DNA of 64,000 bases. Source: Paraspadella gotoi. Lineage: Eukaryota > Animalia > Chaetognatha. The notes beneath the pieces were generated by a model. That model was not told the DNA's origin and made no database searches. It saw nothing but the letters and a program-made list of their open reading frames with translations. Within the stretch, counting starts at the first letter, position 1, and each line of letters starts with the position of its first letter. The stretch lies in assembly GCA_051294375.1 (NCBI GenBank), contig CM119267.1:7544683-7608682 (forward strand). The letters run 5' to 3'. The translations under genes and the position numbers were made by a program. Below are positions 13,601 to 25,726 of this stretch, piece after piece.

Positions 13601-14458
13601 GCGCATGACCCGGCGGGGGATAATGATGCGCCGGACCAGGATGAGCAAAGGGCGCACCCCCAGGAGGTCCGTAAGGCTGCATAGGAGCGCCAGTCGTTGC
13701 GTACGGAGGTGGCGCCGGATGAGCTTGGTTATATGGCTGTGACCCTTGCGACGCGAATCCCCCAGAGGGCGGAGGAGGCCGGGATGGAGGCAGGTGGGGG
13801 CGGGGCTGCGCCGTGGGAGCAGACGAGGCGCCACTTTTTTGAAAAATCAGGTGAAGACGCATCTTTCCCGAGCGTTTGGACAAATCATACCACCCGTCGG
13901 GAGAAAGGCGACCCTCAAGTACCCATTGCACGGGGATCTTGACCTGATCCACCAGAGATTCCGTGTTAAGATTCGCGATATTTTTGTTACGATCTTGTAT
14001 CCTGAGATTGTAGTTTTGGTAAATTAAAGGAGTAAAGTAAATTAAAGCGCGATTCTCGGAAAATTTATAAAAAGAATACTAGTACTCACTTAATAACCAA
14101 ATCAGAGGCATCATGACAAAGTAAAAAGGTAAAACTTTGATCCCATGCTGGATTTTGGTGGTCGGCGTGGATCCAATCCGACGTGGATCTAAGCAAAGGG
14201 ATTTCTTATAAGCTTGTTTAAACAATGTTTATAAAATGGGCCCCGTCCTCATCTAAGACAAATGTTTAATTTTTTTAAGTAAACTAACCTTAAATGTATC
14301 TCGTCAAGATAAATTTTTGCATAGGCTTTGATTGAGGAGTTGACGCCCAAGGTCTTTCGCGATATTAGCCCAAAAGGATCAACGCTGCCAGAGTTTTGCG
14401 AGGGCAGATTGGCCGCCTGGATTACCCTCACCGTTAACACCCCCTGGATGAAAGGCAT
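10642..14458 (-). CDS. C2-domain phospholipase D of the plant PLD alpha/beta/gamma/delta type
   Basis: N-terminal C2 ([14 protein letters not shown]) and a Pro-rich linker; [22 protein letters not shown] (HKD1), [40 protein letters not shown] (HKD2), [25 protein letters not shown]. Confidence 0.93.
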
Positions 14459-14697
14459 CGCGTCTCTTTTGATTTTGACCCCCGTTAAACTAAGCCTCGT
14501 TCTCTCCCACGACCAAACTGAAAAAGTGGTTAGACTAGTATTCGATTCCAAAAATGATCTCAAAAAGTATAATGAACGATTTACAAAATCAAACGGACAT
14601 AAAAACTGGCTTGCGGCGGTTAAAAAATATTAAAACCTTGAATGAAAATATCCGAATGATATCGTTCCAGACTTAAGATAATCTCCAAATCGTTCCT

Positions 14698-15921
14698 TCA
14701 AATGAGTTTGTCCATCTTCACCATCTCATCCTCATCTAATTCCCAATCGAAGATCTCCAAGTCCTGCTTCATGTGCTTCTCGTTCTTCGTCCCCGTCAAG
14801 ATGACGATGTCGTGACGCTGCGATAGGAATTTGAACCAGACTTGCGCAGGAGTGACGCCGTGAGCATGAGAAGCGGCAAGGACAGACGGGGACTGCAGGT
14901 GGTGACGATTGGCCGTCAATGTCCAGAATGATTGGTAAAAGATGTTATGACGACGACAAAAATCCCGAATTTCTTTGTCGTAGTGCGAATCTTCGTAGAA
15001 ACGATTCTGCAGCACCGAGGGTTTGACATGAGATTGATCGTAGAGGTCTGGAATTCAACAGGCTAAAGACTGATTAAATTTTAAACTTAAGGTAGTAATA
15101 TGTTTTCGATTCACGTTCAAAAAAAAAAAACCTTTTAAGGTGTGCAGGGAATAGCAGTTCGAAATTCCCAACTGTTTGACTTTTCCGACTTGCACGAATT
15201 TTTCGAACTCCCTCCAAACCTTTTGAAAAACGAAGTAGAAATCGTTTTGTCGACGGATAAATATCCTGTGTTAAAACTATTCAGAATTCGAACCAGCATT
15301 GTATCATCGAAATGCTTCATCGGACTGTGCAGCACCCAACTGTCAAGGTAATCGGTTCCCAGGTTCTTGAGTGATTGCTCCAACGACTGGCGAACCTGAA
15401 ACGAAAAAAAAATTTTAGCACATTTACATTCACAAACAACGGGCATAAGTTAGTACTTGCGTTGCGAGATCGGCTTTCGTATCATACGGAACGTTGTGAG
15501 GATCTTGACCGTCCAAAGAAGTAAATTTAGTTTGAACGAAGAGTTGATCACGCCTGATGGCGTGTTCCGTCGCAAGAATATGCAAAGCCGCGCCAACGCC
15601 TAGAAAACGAACATTGAAGTCAATACGTTATTGGACCTTAATTTCCATTCAAATTCAAAGCAACTAACCAGGCTCGAAATAATGCTTGGGCTGACAAGCG
15701 GTGTCAATGCCTCTGAAGCCGGCGAGAACGGCCTGAACTACGAGCGACTCCGTGGCGTCCTTCTTCCATGCGGTTCCGTATATCATTCGAGGCATGATGA
15801 TTCCTGCGTTTGTCTCCACCGTCTTGGCCCATGTCATCCGGTCCAATTTGGCCGAACTCGGTGCGTCTACTTTTACCGAACTCATTCTCCTCAGTTTGGT
15901 TGCTAAATTGATTATTTTCAT
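14698..15921 (-). CDS. aldo/keto reductase family protein
   Basis: MPRMIYGTAWKK, GFRGIDTACQPKHY, SLKNLGTDYLDSWVLHSP, LQNRFY, YQSFWTLTAN, TPAQV, LTGTKNEKHMKQDL. Confidence 0.9.
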
Positions 15922-16053
15922 GAAGGTCTCTTTGACTCGAGCTTAGTTGCTAAGGTTCTACAAATAGTAAGTAACAAGGATCTCATATTTTAAGACTAAG
16001 ACAGGAATAGCAAAGTGGAGATAAATGATTCATTCCAAGCAAAGACTGACACG

Positions 16054-16754
16054 CTAAACAGGTAACGTGCTCCCCATAGTTTTAGAGGCAGTCTTCCAGC
16101 ACATCTTGGTTAAAAAGTTGAGTCCCCGTTGTCCCCCTGGCACGTAACTGGCAACGTACCAAGCGAGAGCAAGTACTTGAGCAAGGGCGCAGGGAACGGT
16201 GAGAACGGTGCTCTGAGTGACCACCGCGAAGTAGACCGTCGCCAAGAGCGTTGAGAGATAAGTAATGGAGAAGGGGAGGCGTTCCCGAGAGAAGAGGTGC
16301 TTCAAATTCTCCCAAGGTCCGCGGAGAAAAGAAAAGGCGGAGAGGACGAAGACAGAACCGAGGGAGAAAAGGAGGGAAAACTTTCGGGCTTTGAGGAGAA
16401 GGAAGGGGAGATAGAGCGACGCCATCCCGAAGCAGGAAAATCCGGCGACGAGGCAAACCACGAAGCCAATCATTCGCTGGGTCCTCGAGAGAGAATAGGG
16501 CGAGGACGACGAGGGCGCGAACCAAGATGAAGAGCTGGAAAGACATATAAGATTATCTCAATAAGGAAATAGAATCGCATATTAGCTATCTCAAATCACC
16601 TTTCTTCGGTTTCCTTCGAGCTAAACCAAGTTCCCACGCTTTCGTTGATCGAGTTCGGAACGAAATATTCCTGCCGAAAATATGAAGACAATCCGTCGTT
16701 GGATTTTTTGTTAAGGTAAGTGTTAAGGTCGTCGGTGAGTTTGATTGAAGTCAT
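16054..16754 (-). CDS. vesicle transport protein SFT2 (SFT2D3-like)
   Basis: KARKFSLLFSLGS, GPWENLKHLFSRERLPF, WYVASYVPGG; four hydrophobic helices. Confidence 0.9.
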
Positions 16755-16857
16755 TGTTTTAGATTCAGATCTTAAACTTAGTTCAAAAATGAAAAATTCT
16801 ATGAAACGGGGGAGGGGGAAAGGAACGGGATATGAAATGGGTACAACTTTAACTACT

Positions 16858-17447
16858 TTAACGCGAATCAACTGACATATGCTCGTCCTCCAAATCGATG
16901 TACAAGTCTTCGGATTCGAATTTAAATTCGTCCAAAAGTTCGTTGATCTTCTTCGCGTTTTCTCCGATTCTCTTCTTCATGTCCGCGATTTCCCGCCGGC
17001 GCATTTCCGCGTCGAGTTCGTCCCCAGCCTCCGACCGTGTTGTTGTCGTTCCGGCCTCCGCGAGAGTCTGACGAGCGATTTGGAAGGCAGCGGTCAACTC
17101 AAGTTTCTGGGATTCGGCTTCTTGGATCTTGTCCACGATTTCGGCCAACGCTGCCAAAGGATTTCTTTAACGTTTACAACTTAATTTAAACTAATCCTTT
17201 CTTCAGATTGTCGGTTTTTATCACCTTCCTTTTCGTGAACAGAAGACAACGCCTGCCTTTCACAAATTATGAGCTGCGAGATGCGATTGAATTCGGTGGT
17301 GATTTCGTGGACAAGGCGTTTGTAGATGTTAAAGTTAAAGTTTGGGGCGGAGGCAAGATACAGAGAAAAGCCCTCTTCAAAGTCGCGGTACAAGGCAACG
17401 CGTTCTTCCTGCAGACCTCGAAAAGCGCGAACGCTGGCCAGAGCCAT
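16858..17447 (-). CDS. REX1BD: REX1-B domain protein (C19orf60-like)
   Basis: FRGLQEERVALYRDFEEGF..Y..LVHEITTEFNRIS; IQEAESQKLELTA; INELLDEFKFE. Confidence 0.8.
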
Positions 17448-17532
17448 GACGCTTCCGTTATCCGTAAACGTAAAATCGACTCCGTTAAAATCATGTAATA
17501 AGTAGAAATAAAGAAAAAACTTTAAAAAGAGA

Positions 17533-18893
17533 TCAACTCATAACAACTTGGGTTTCCAATGGTTCTCCCCGAATCCCTCTTATCAAGTTTCTAGCGGCCA
17601 ATGAGCTCATAGCGTTTCTCGTCGCCGTAGTGGCGCTTCCTATGTGCGGCAAAACAACGCAGTTATTCAGTGTCAACAATGGGTCATCAAGAGGCAACGG
17701 CTCCGGGGAAGTAACGTCCAATCCAGCGGCAGCTGAAAGGAAAGCCAAATCAGATTTATCAGTTGTAATAAGCACATACAATGCGTAAAAACGCACCTAT
17801 GACACCGTCCCGTAAAGCCTCGTACAAATCCCTTTGCTCCACCAATGCTCCCCTGGACGTATTGACAAAAATCGCCGATTTCTTCATCTTCGCAAAAACG
17901 TTTTTGTCGAACATAGACTTGGTCGCTTCGTTCAATGCGCAAGTGACTACGACGAAGTCTGACTCGGAGAGAAGATCGTCAAGATTCGCTCGAAACTCTG
18001 CATCGAGTGCTCGAACGGGTTCGTCGTCGGATTTATCGCGGCGCCCGTGGTAAACTATCCTCGCGACGCCAAAGGGTTTCAGTCGTTGGGCAACGGCGAG
18101 ACCGATGCGACCGAGACCTAGTTTTTACCAAAAGAAAACGAGGAAAAGGAAAGCAAAAGTCAGAAGAAAGTATGCAGATTTTAGAACTAAACCGAACCTA
18201 CGATCCCGATGGTGGCGCCGGAAATGGAAGCACCACACATCCACAATGGACTCCACGTTCCCCAACCACCATTTTTTACTTCCGCCGCTGCTTCGAGAAG
18301 CCGGCGAGAGGTAGCCAAAAGTAAACCTTTAAAAATTATGAATTTATTTTCTCAATATGTGACCAGACGATGGATTCGTAATGACACTGACCTACAGTAA
18401 GCTCTGCAGTGGCATCTGTCAAAATATCAGGAGTATAGCCTACTGGAATTCCACGTTTTTCGCAAGCTGCTAAATCTATGTGATCATAACCTACATTGTA
18501 GAAAAAGAGTCGTCAAAACACATATTTTCTGACCCTAAATGTTTTTCCCGTCGGTTTACCAACGCTCATCGTAGAGACAACCTTGAATCGCTTTGAATCG
18601 GTGGCGGCTAACAACTCTTCGTCGACCTTATCAGTGAGCAAGCAAAAGAGACCATCTATGTCGGCAACCTTGCCGAGAAGCTCCTCGCGAGGAAGATTCT
18701 CGTCTCTGTCCCACTGGAGAATCTCGAGCCCTTCGTCGCGGAGGAGGCGGAGGCCGTCGGGCGGGATGCGACGAGTCACGAAAACGCGTGGGATGCGATC
18801 CGACATTGCGAGACTGAGAGAAGAGCATCGAAAGCAAAGCGCGAAAGGCGAAAGGCGAGAATTCACGATTCTCAACCGCGAACCAAATAACAT
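17533..18893 (-). CDS. GRHPR: glyoxylate/hydroxypyruvate reductase
   Basis: [70 protein letters not shown]. Confidence 0.93.
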
Positions 18894-19435
18894 TTGGTCA
18901 GAAAAAAAAATTCTTTCCCTGGAGTTTTAAAGGTACATATGAAATTGGTACAACCAATATAAAAATTATAATATAAAAATTATTATTATTTTTTTGCCCT
19001 TCTCATTAGAAACAAAAAATATTGAATTGTCATACGTTAAAATTCTTTTTTTTTTTGGACACAAGCAATTCTTGGGATGAAATTCCAAAATGAAGTTCGT
19101 TGGCTTTCAAATATTTTGGAGGCGATGGATTTGTTTTCCTGAGGAGACTGAGTGAAAATAGAAATAAATCGGGTTTATTTAAAAAAAAGATTTCGAATTG
19201 CTCGATCGCAATAAACAATTCAACGAAATAAAAAACAACTGGGTACAAAACGAGTAAATATAGGAAGATAAGGTTGACAATCTAAATTCTCTAACGAAGC
19301 TAGACTAGAAAAAGCTATCTTGTTTGTAAACTTTCAGATTAAGGACTGTAGAATTTTTGTCATTTTTTATAAATATTTTTTTTTGAATTATGTCACACTT
19401 GATTGCTGGTCTAGTCCAAAAAGATTTAAGATTCC

Positions 19436-19493
19436 TAATAGAAATAAGTTTGAGTTTATTTGCAACAACGATTTTATTAGTACATAAGGACGT
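19436..19493 (-). repeat. isolated fragment of the Penelope pseudo-LTR
   Basis: Near-identical to the reverse complement of 28066-28124 and to 26488-26541. Confidence 0.85.
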
Positions 19494-19562
19494 CCTAATG
19501 AAACTTGTTTTTAGTCCAGTACTTGGGTAGTCCTTTGGTTTCAATTTGCTTAGGCAAAGCAT

Positions 19563-21460
19563 TCAGTCGTCCTTCTTCGCGGCGGCGTCGTCGTCGTCGT
19601 CGTTGTCGTTATCTTCCTCGTCAACGAGCTCCGCGTCGTCCTCGTAGTTGAACAAAAGAGTCGTTTCTCCCTTGAGAAGCGAAAGAATCAAAGGAGCCCC
19701 CAGACAAGCTGGCACCTGACGAACGAGAACGGTCAGTAAAAAACCAAGGACTGCCAGACATTGGGTTCAAAGAAAATTTTAAGGGATACAAATGCCTCGC
19801 TGAAAGAATGAATTGTTGAATAACAACAATCGCATTCGGTCGTAAAAAAACTTCTTTAACTTACCAAATATAGTAGCGCCGGTTGCGCGTGCTTGTACAC
19901 GTGCATGACGAATATCGTAAGCAGCAGTCCCAAAAAATAAGCAAGGAATCCAGCGTAAAAGTAAGGCTGAAAGCAGAATTCGATCATATAAAACCTTTAA
20001 TGAGCCATCTTACCCCTGAATTTAGACAGGCTATGCTGGGTTTCGCACCTTTGAACCGCATTGGTGGCGGCTCTTGTCGAATCTCAGCAACAGCGCGATG
20101 AAGATGCCAGGGATGACGATGTCGCCCAGTCCGAGCATGGCGAAGTCGCTCGCCTCGATGGGCCCCTTCTCGAGCAGGTCCTGAGGGAAAACCAGTTTGA
20201 TCGGGGCCTCGAAAGATTTAGCCACGGTGACCATGACGTCAGTGCCGAAAACCCAGAAGATGTCGTAGAAGAAAAGGCCGCCGAGGAGAATGAAGCCAGT
20301 GGATACGCGAGGCAGCTTCGTAGGGGTTAAGGACGGGGATTATTTATTCTTATTTATTTAATAATATTTATTGTATTTAAAGAAATGAAGCAACCACCGA
20401 CTTGCAAAAATTCGACTCCGTTAATGGCGAAAGCGAGACCAAAAAGGTTGTTGGCGATCCAGTGCTTTTTGAGAAAGTACCAAGAACCAATTAAGGCGCA
20501 GAAGAGGAGACTCACAAGATCTGGACAAAGAACGAACGCGACGAATGAGGGAGACAAGTAGACGTCAACGAAAATGAAAACTACAAAAACGAAACCTTTT
20601 CGATCGAATTCGTAATTCAAAATTTCTTCCGGAAGCGGACGCAGCGAAGGCGCCTGTTCGTCGTTAGCACCATTGGTTGTCTGCCGAAGGTAAATAGCGA
20701 TGTAAAACTGAAAGTCCAACTCGGAGAGTCGCCAGAAAACGAACTCACCTCTACTTCTCCATCATCCGCCCTTTTCATGAAGAGCAGATTGTAATGGGCG
20801 TTGGGGAAGTTGCGCGGAAGCATCTTGGCGATGGGCGGACCCACGATGTGCGCCAAGGCGAAAACCCCGAGGACGAAAAAGTAGGCGGACAACAAATAAT
20901 TTATGTACTCTTTGGAGAAGATCTTGAAAAAGACGTAAAGACCAAAGAGGGTGGCGCTGGCAATCAGCGGAAACAGGGCGGCATCTTTGGAACTCATGCT
21001 CTCCACCTGTCAGGAAGTAGGGGGGGTGTAAAACGAAATGGTCGATGGGGGCTGAGTCGAGAACACAGACGTTTACCGGTTCCCCAGCCGGACGAGACCC
21101 AACGAAAAGACCACCGATGATCCCATCTTCGGGAACTTCGTCCAGCGTTTCTTCAGGCACCTCTTTCTTTAATGATCTAAATATAAATTGTTATCAATCA
21201 TTGCTTAGTACATTTAAAAGGATACACCTTCCCCCCCCCCAAAAAAAAAAAAATAGGATGGAACAAGTTCCTCACCTGAATGACCCAACGAAAATAGGCA
21301 GGATTGCCATGAAAACGAGGCTGCCATAAGCGATGGCAATTCCTTCTGGCGTCGAGGGAATCTTGGTCCCGTTGATGGAGATTACAGTCTCGTTGATGAC
21401 ATCGGCCCCGACGGAGGCGTCGCTCAAAACGTCGGAGGCGACAGTATCAGTTTCTGCCAT
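19563..21460 (-). CDS. HM13: signal peptide peptidase (GxGD aspartyl intramembrane protease)
   Basis: AYGSLVFMAILPIFVGS, KHWIANNLFGLAF, YDIFWVFGT, LGLGDIVIPG, QPALLY, C-terminal KKDD ER-retrieval signal. Confidence 0.96.
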
Positions 21461-21851
21461 GTTTCTTTTCCTTTTTATATCGGAATTTCATAAAATATAT
21501 AAAATAAAAACATCATCATGATCACGGATGACAATATATGAGAATACCATGAAAAAGTAAAGAAGTAAAAAGGTTTACAGAATTATTCCCAACACCAGTT
21601 CGACTAGATTTAGTGGTTTTTATTTATAATTTCATAATTTTTAGGATTTTTTAATACCATTATTTAGAAATACAGTATTATACACTAGTACAATACATAA
21701 TTTTTGGCATCCTGCTTTGCCTTTGTAATTCCACATTCGAACTTTTCCAACTTTACCTTGAAGAAAAAATGAAATCACAATTCTAACTAACGAGGCATAA
21801 AATCAAGTCGTCCGAAGTATATTGAAGGCAATATTGACAACGGAAACCCGA

Positions 21852-23390
21852 TCAGTTGATCCTCATCGATTCCCCCTTCAACATTTCCACAAAAAACTTA
21901 ACAAGCATTTCTGGATCAAGCATTTCCGCGTGGACGTATTTGCAATTGTGACGGAAGCGACAATTGACGAAGAGGTACCCGCACTCCTCTCGGTTCCTCT
22001 TCTTATTCTCCAGATCGGCGAGCTCTTCGATCTCCCTGCAGAGACGATCGTAGGTTTCTACGCCGAGATCGTGGCGGTAGCGGTACAGGATGACGGCGTA
22101 GCTAATGTGCCAGGCGTAGTCGATGCATTTCGGAAATAGCACCTCAGGAAGGGGAAATATCTCCGGTTTATAAAAGCCGTAACGATAGTTGTCCAATACC
22201 CAAATGACAAATTCTGGACCAGAGCTATCCGAGGTCCGTTCGCTGTGGTTGTTCTGGCAAAAATAATTTTTACATTTGACACCCGCGGAGCATTTGCGGT
22301 AAAACTTGCGATTAGCCTCGAATTTGTAGTAGGCTTCGGCAATGCCCAAAGCCCGCTCGAAATCGCCGCGAAGAAGTTGACGGCATTCCCGCAGAAGGGT
22401 GCCGTAATATCTGAGCCGCTTAGGGTGAATTTTGAGCCACTTCGGCACGACGAGCCGGGCGGCATGTTCTTCCAATCGCCGCATGAACAGCTTGTCGGCG
22501 TCGGTGAGGGTGTCGCGGTGCCGGTTGCGGCAAATGGATCCAGAGTAGCACTCAGATCCGAACTTACAGTGCGGCACGCTTCGATCCCTTCGCCTCTCCG
22601 CCTCATATTCGTCCTGGAATAACTTTTTCGTCAGCTTGTAACGCTTGGCTCCAAGTTCAGCAAGATAGTCTCTGCACGAGGAGATCAACCTCTCCGTTTT
22701 TTTCGTCGTCAACTCCATTGAAATCAAGCATGGAGGCAAAAGGTTTTGCTCCGTAACGCTCAGGTTTTGGCGTCGCGAGCGGGGAGGCTCCTGGCTGCTT
22801 CGGTCGCTCGAGCCGCTCGCCCTTCTATGGCGTTTTGTTTTATAGTCGGACTCATCTTCCCTCCCCCTCTTTGCGGCGGATTGTTGACCAGCGAAAGAAT
22901 CAGAGACTAGAATGATCTTTCGAGCGTCGCCCACTCGAGCCCGATTCCTTCTCTCACGGGAAGATTTCTTTTTCAAGCTTTCCAACTCATCGTCGGTCTC
23001 CAAAACTTCGCCCTCTTCGCTCCCGAGAGGAATCACGTCGGAACTCATATCGTCCTCAACGGCGATGCCTTCGTCGACGTCGAATCTTTTCGGGGACGAC
23101 TGGAGACTTTCATCGGCTTCACCTTTCTCGGTCGTCCTTTTAGCTTCCTTGGCGATCCCGAGCAAGCGGCGATGGAATCGTTGGCAGCATTCCTGAGGGG
23201 CGCGGTGTGAGACGAGGGCCTTTCGCTCACAATCGTCGCAGAGCGCGGAGTAATGTTGGAGGAGAGATCGCTGAAGTCGCTCCGAAGTGGAGCGGAGAGT
23301 TTGAAGGACGAAGAAGCACTGGGAAAACCCGGTCAGTTTCGGCATCGAAGGCAGCGATGCCGGGTCAGAATTGAATGATTCGGACGGCAT
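21852..23390 (-). CDS. intronless 512-aa protein with three degenerate CCCH-like zinc motifs
   Basis: Long open frame with exon-like composition; CKFGSECYSGSICRNRH, CSAGVKCKNYFCQNNH and CGYLFVNCRFRHNCKYVH; AG three nt before the ATG. Confidence 0.7.
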   Translation of the reverse strand: MPSESFNSDPASLPSMPKLTGFSQCFFVLQTLRSTSERLQRSLLQHYSALCDDCERKALVSHRAPQECCQRFHRRLLGIAKEAKRTTEKGEADESLQSSPKRFDVDEGIAVEDDMSSDVIPLGSEEGEVLETDDELESLKKKSSRERRNRARVGDARKIILVSDSFAGQQSAAKRGREDESDYKTKRHRRASGSSDRSSQEPPRSRRQNLSVTEQNLLPPCLISMELTTKKTERLISSCRDYLAELGAKRYKLTKKLFQDEYEAERRRDRSVPHCKFGSECYSGSICRNRHRDTLTDADKLFMRRLEEHAARLVVPKWLKIHPKRLRYYGTLLRECRQLLRGDFERALGIAEAYYKFEANRKFYRKCSAGVKCKNYFCQNNHSERTSDSSGPEFVIWVLDNYRYGFYKPEIFPLPEVLFPKCIDYAWHISYAVILYRYRHDLGVETYDRLCREIEELADLENKKRNREECGYLFVNCRFRHNCKYVHAEMLDPEMLVKFFVEMLKGESMRIN

Positions 23391-23639
23391 TGCTTAGAAA
23401 AACATCGAAATACCGAATATCGACCAGCTTAGTAAAATGGCAGACCTAAAATACAAAAAATTTTACCTACTAACTGAAAATAAATTCTAATTCCGGTTGA
23501 AAAAACACGGAGCCATTATCACCACCGACAATAGAAAAAATGTATATAATCAATTAACCATTCTGGACTTGAGTAACAAAAGACTAGGTATTTTGTGGCT
23601 AGTAGTTCATAATTTAAAAAAAAATTAAGTGTCATTAAT

Positions 23640-25394
<1,755 letters not shown>

Positions 25395-25726
25395 TTTTTT
25401 AAAAGTAAATATGACTTTAATCTGTAATAGGATGGCAATCAAACTTACTGAGATGTAATATTACAAATTCATATAATTTTTTTTTCAAGAAACAACTGAG
25501 GAATTACCATTAGGTCAGGTTAGTATCTGCCCTTATATAGAAAATTATAAATCAATTTAGGGAGAGTCAGTTAGAAAATAAAAATAATTTTTCACTTCGA
25601 CAGAAAAATAACTCAAAATAAACTAATGTTTAAAAACTAGAACAATAAATATTCTGGTAAAACCAAAAGATATTTAACAAATTAAGTTTCCCTAATATAA
25701 TAGATTCGCTCTATCACGATAAAAGA

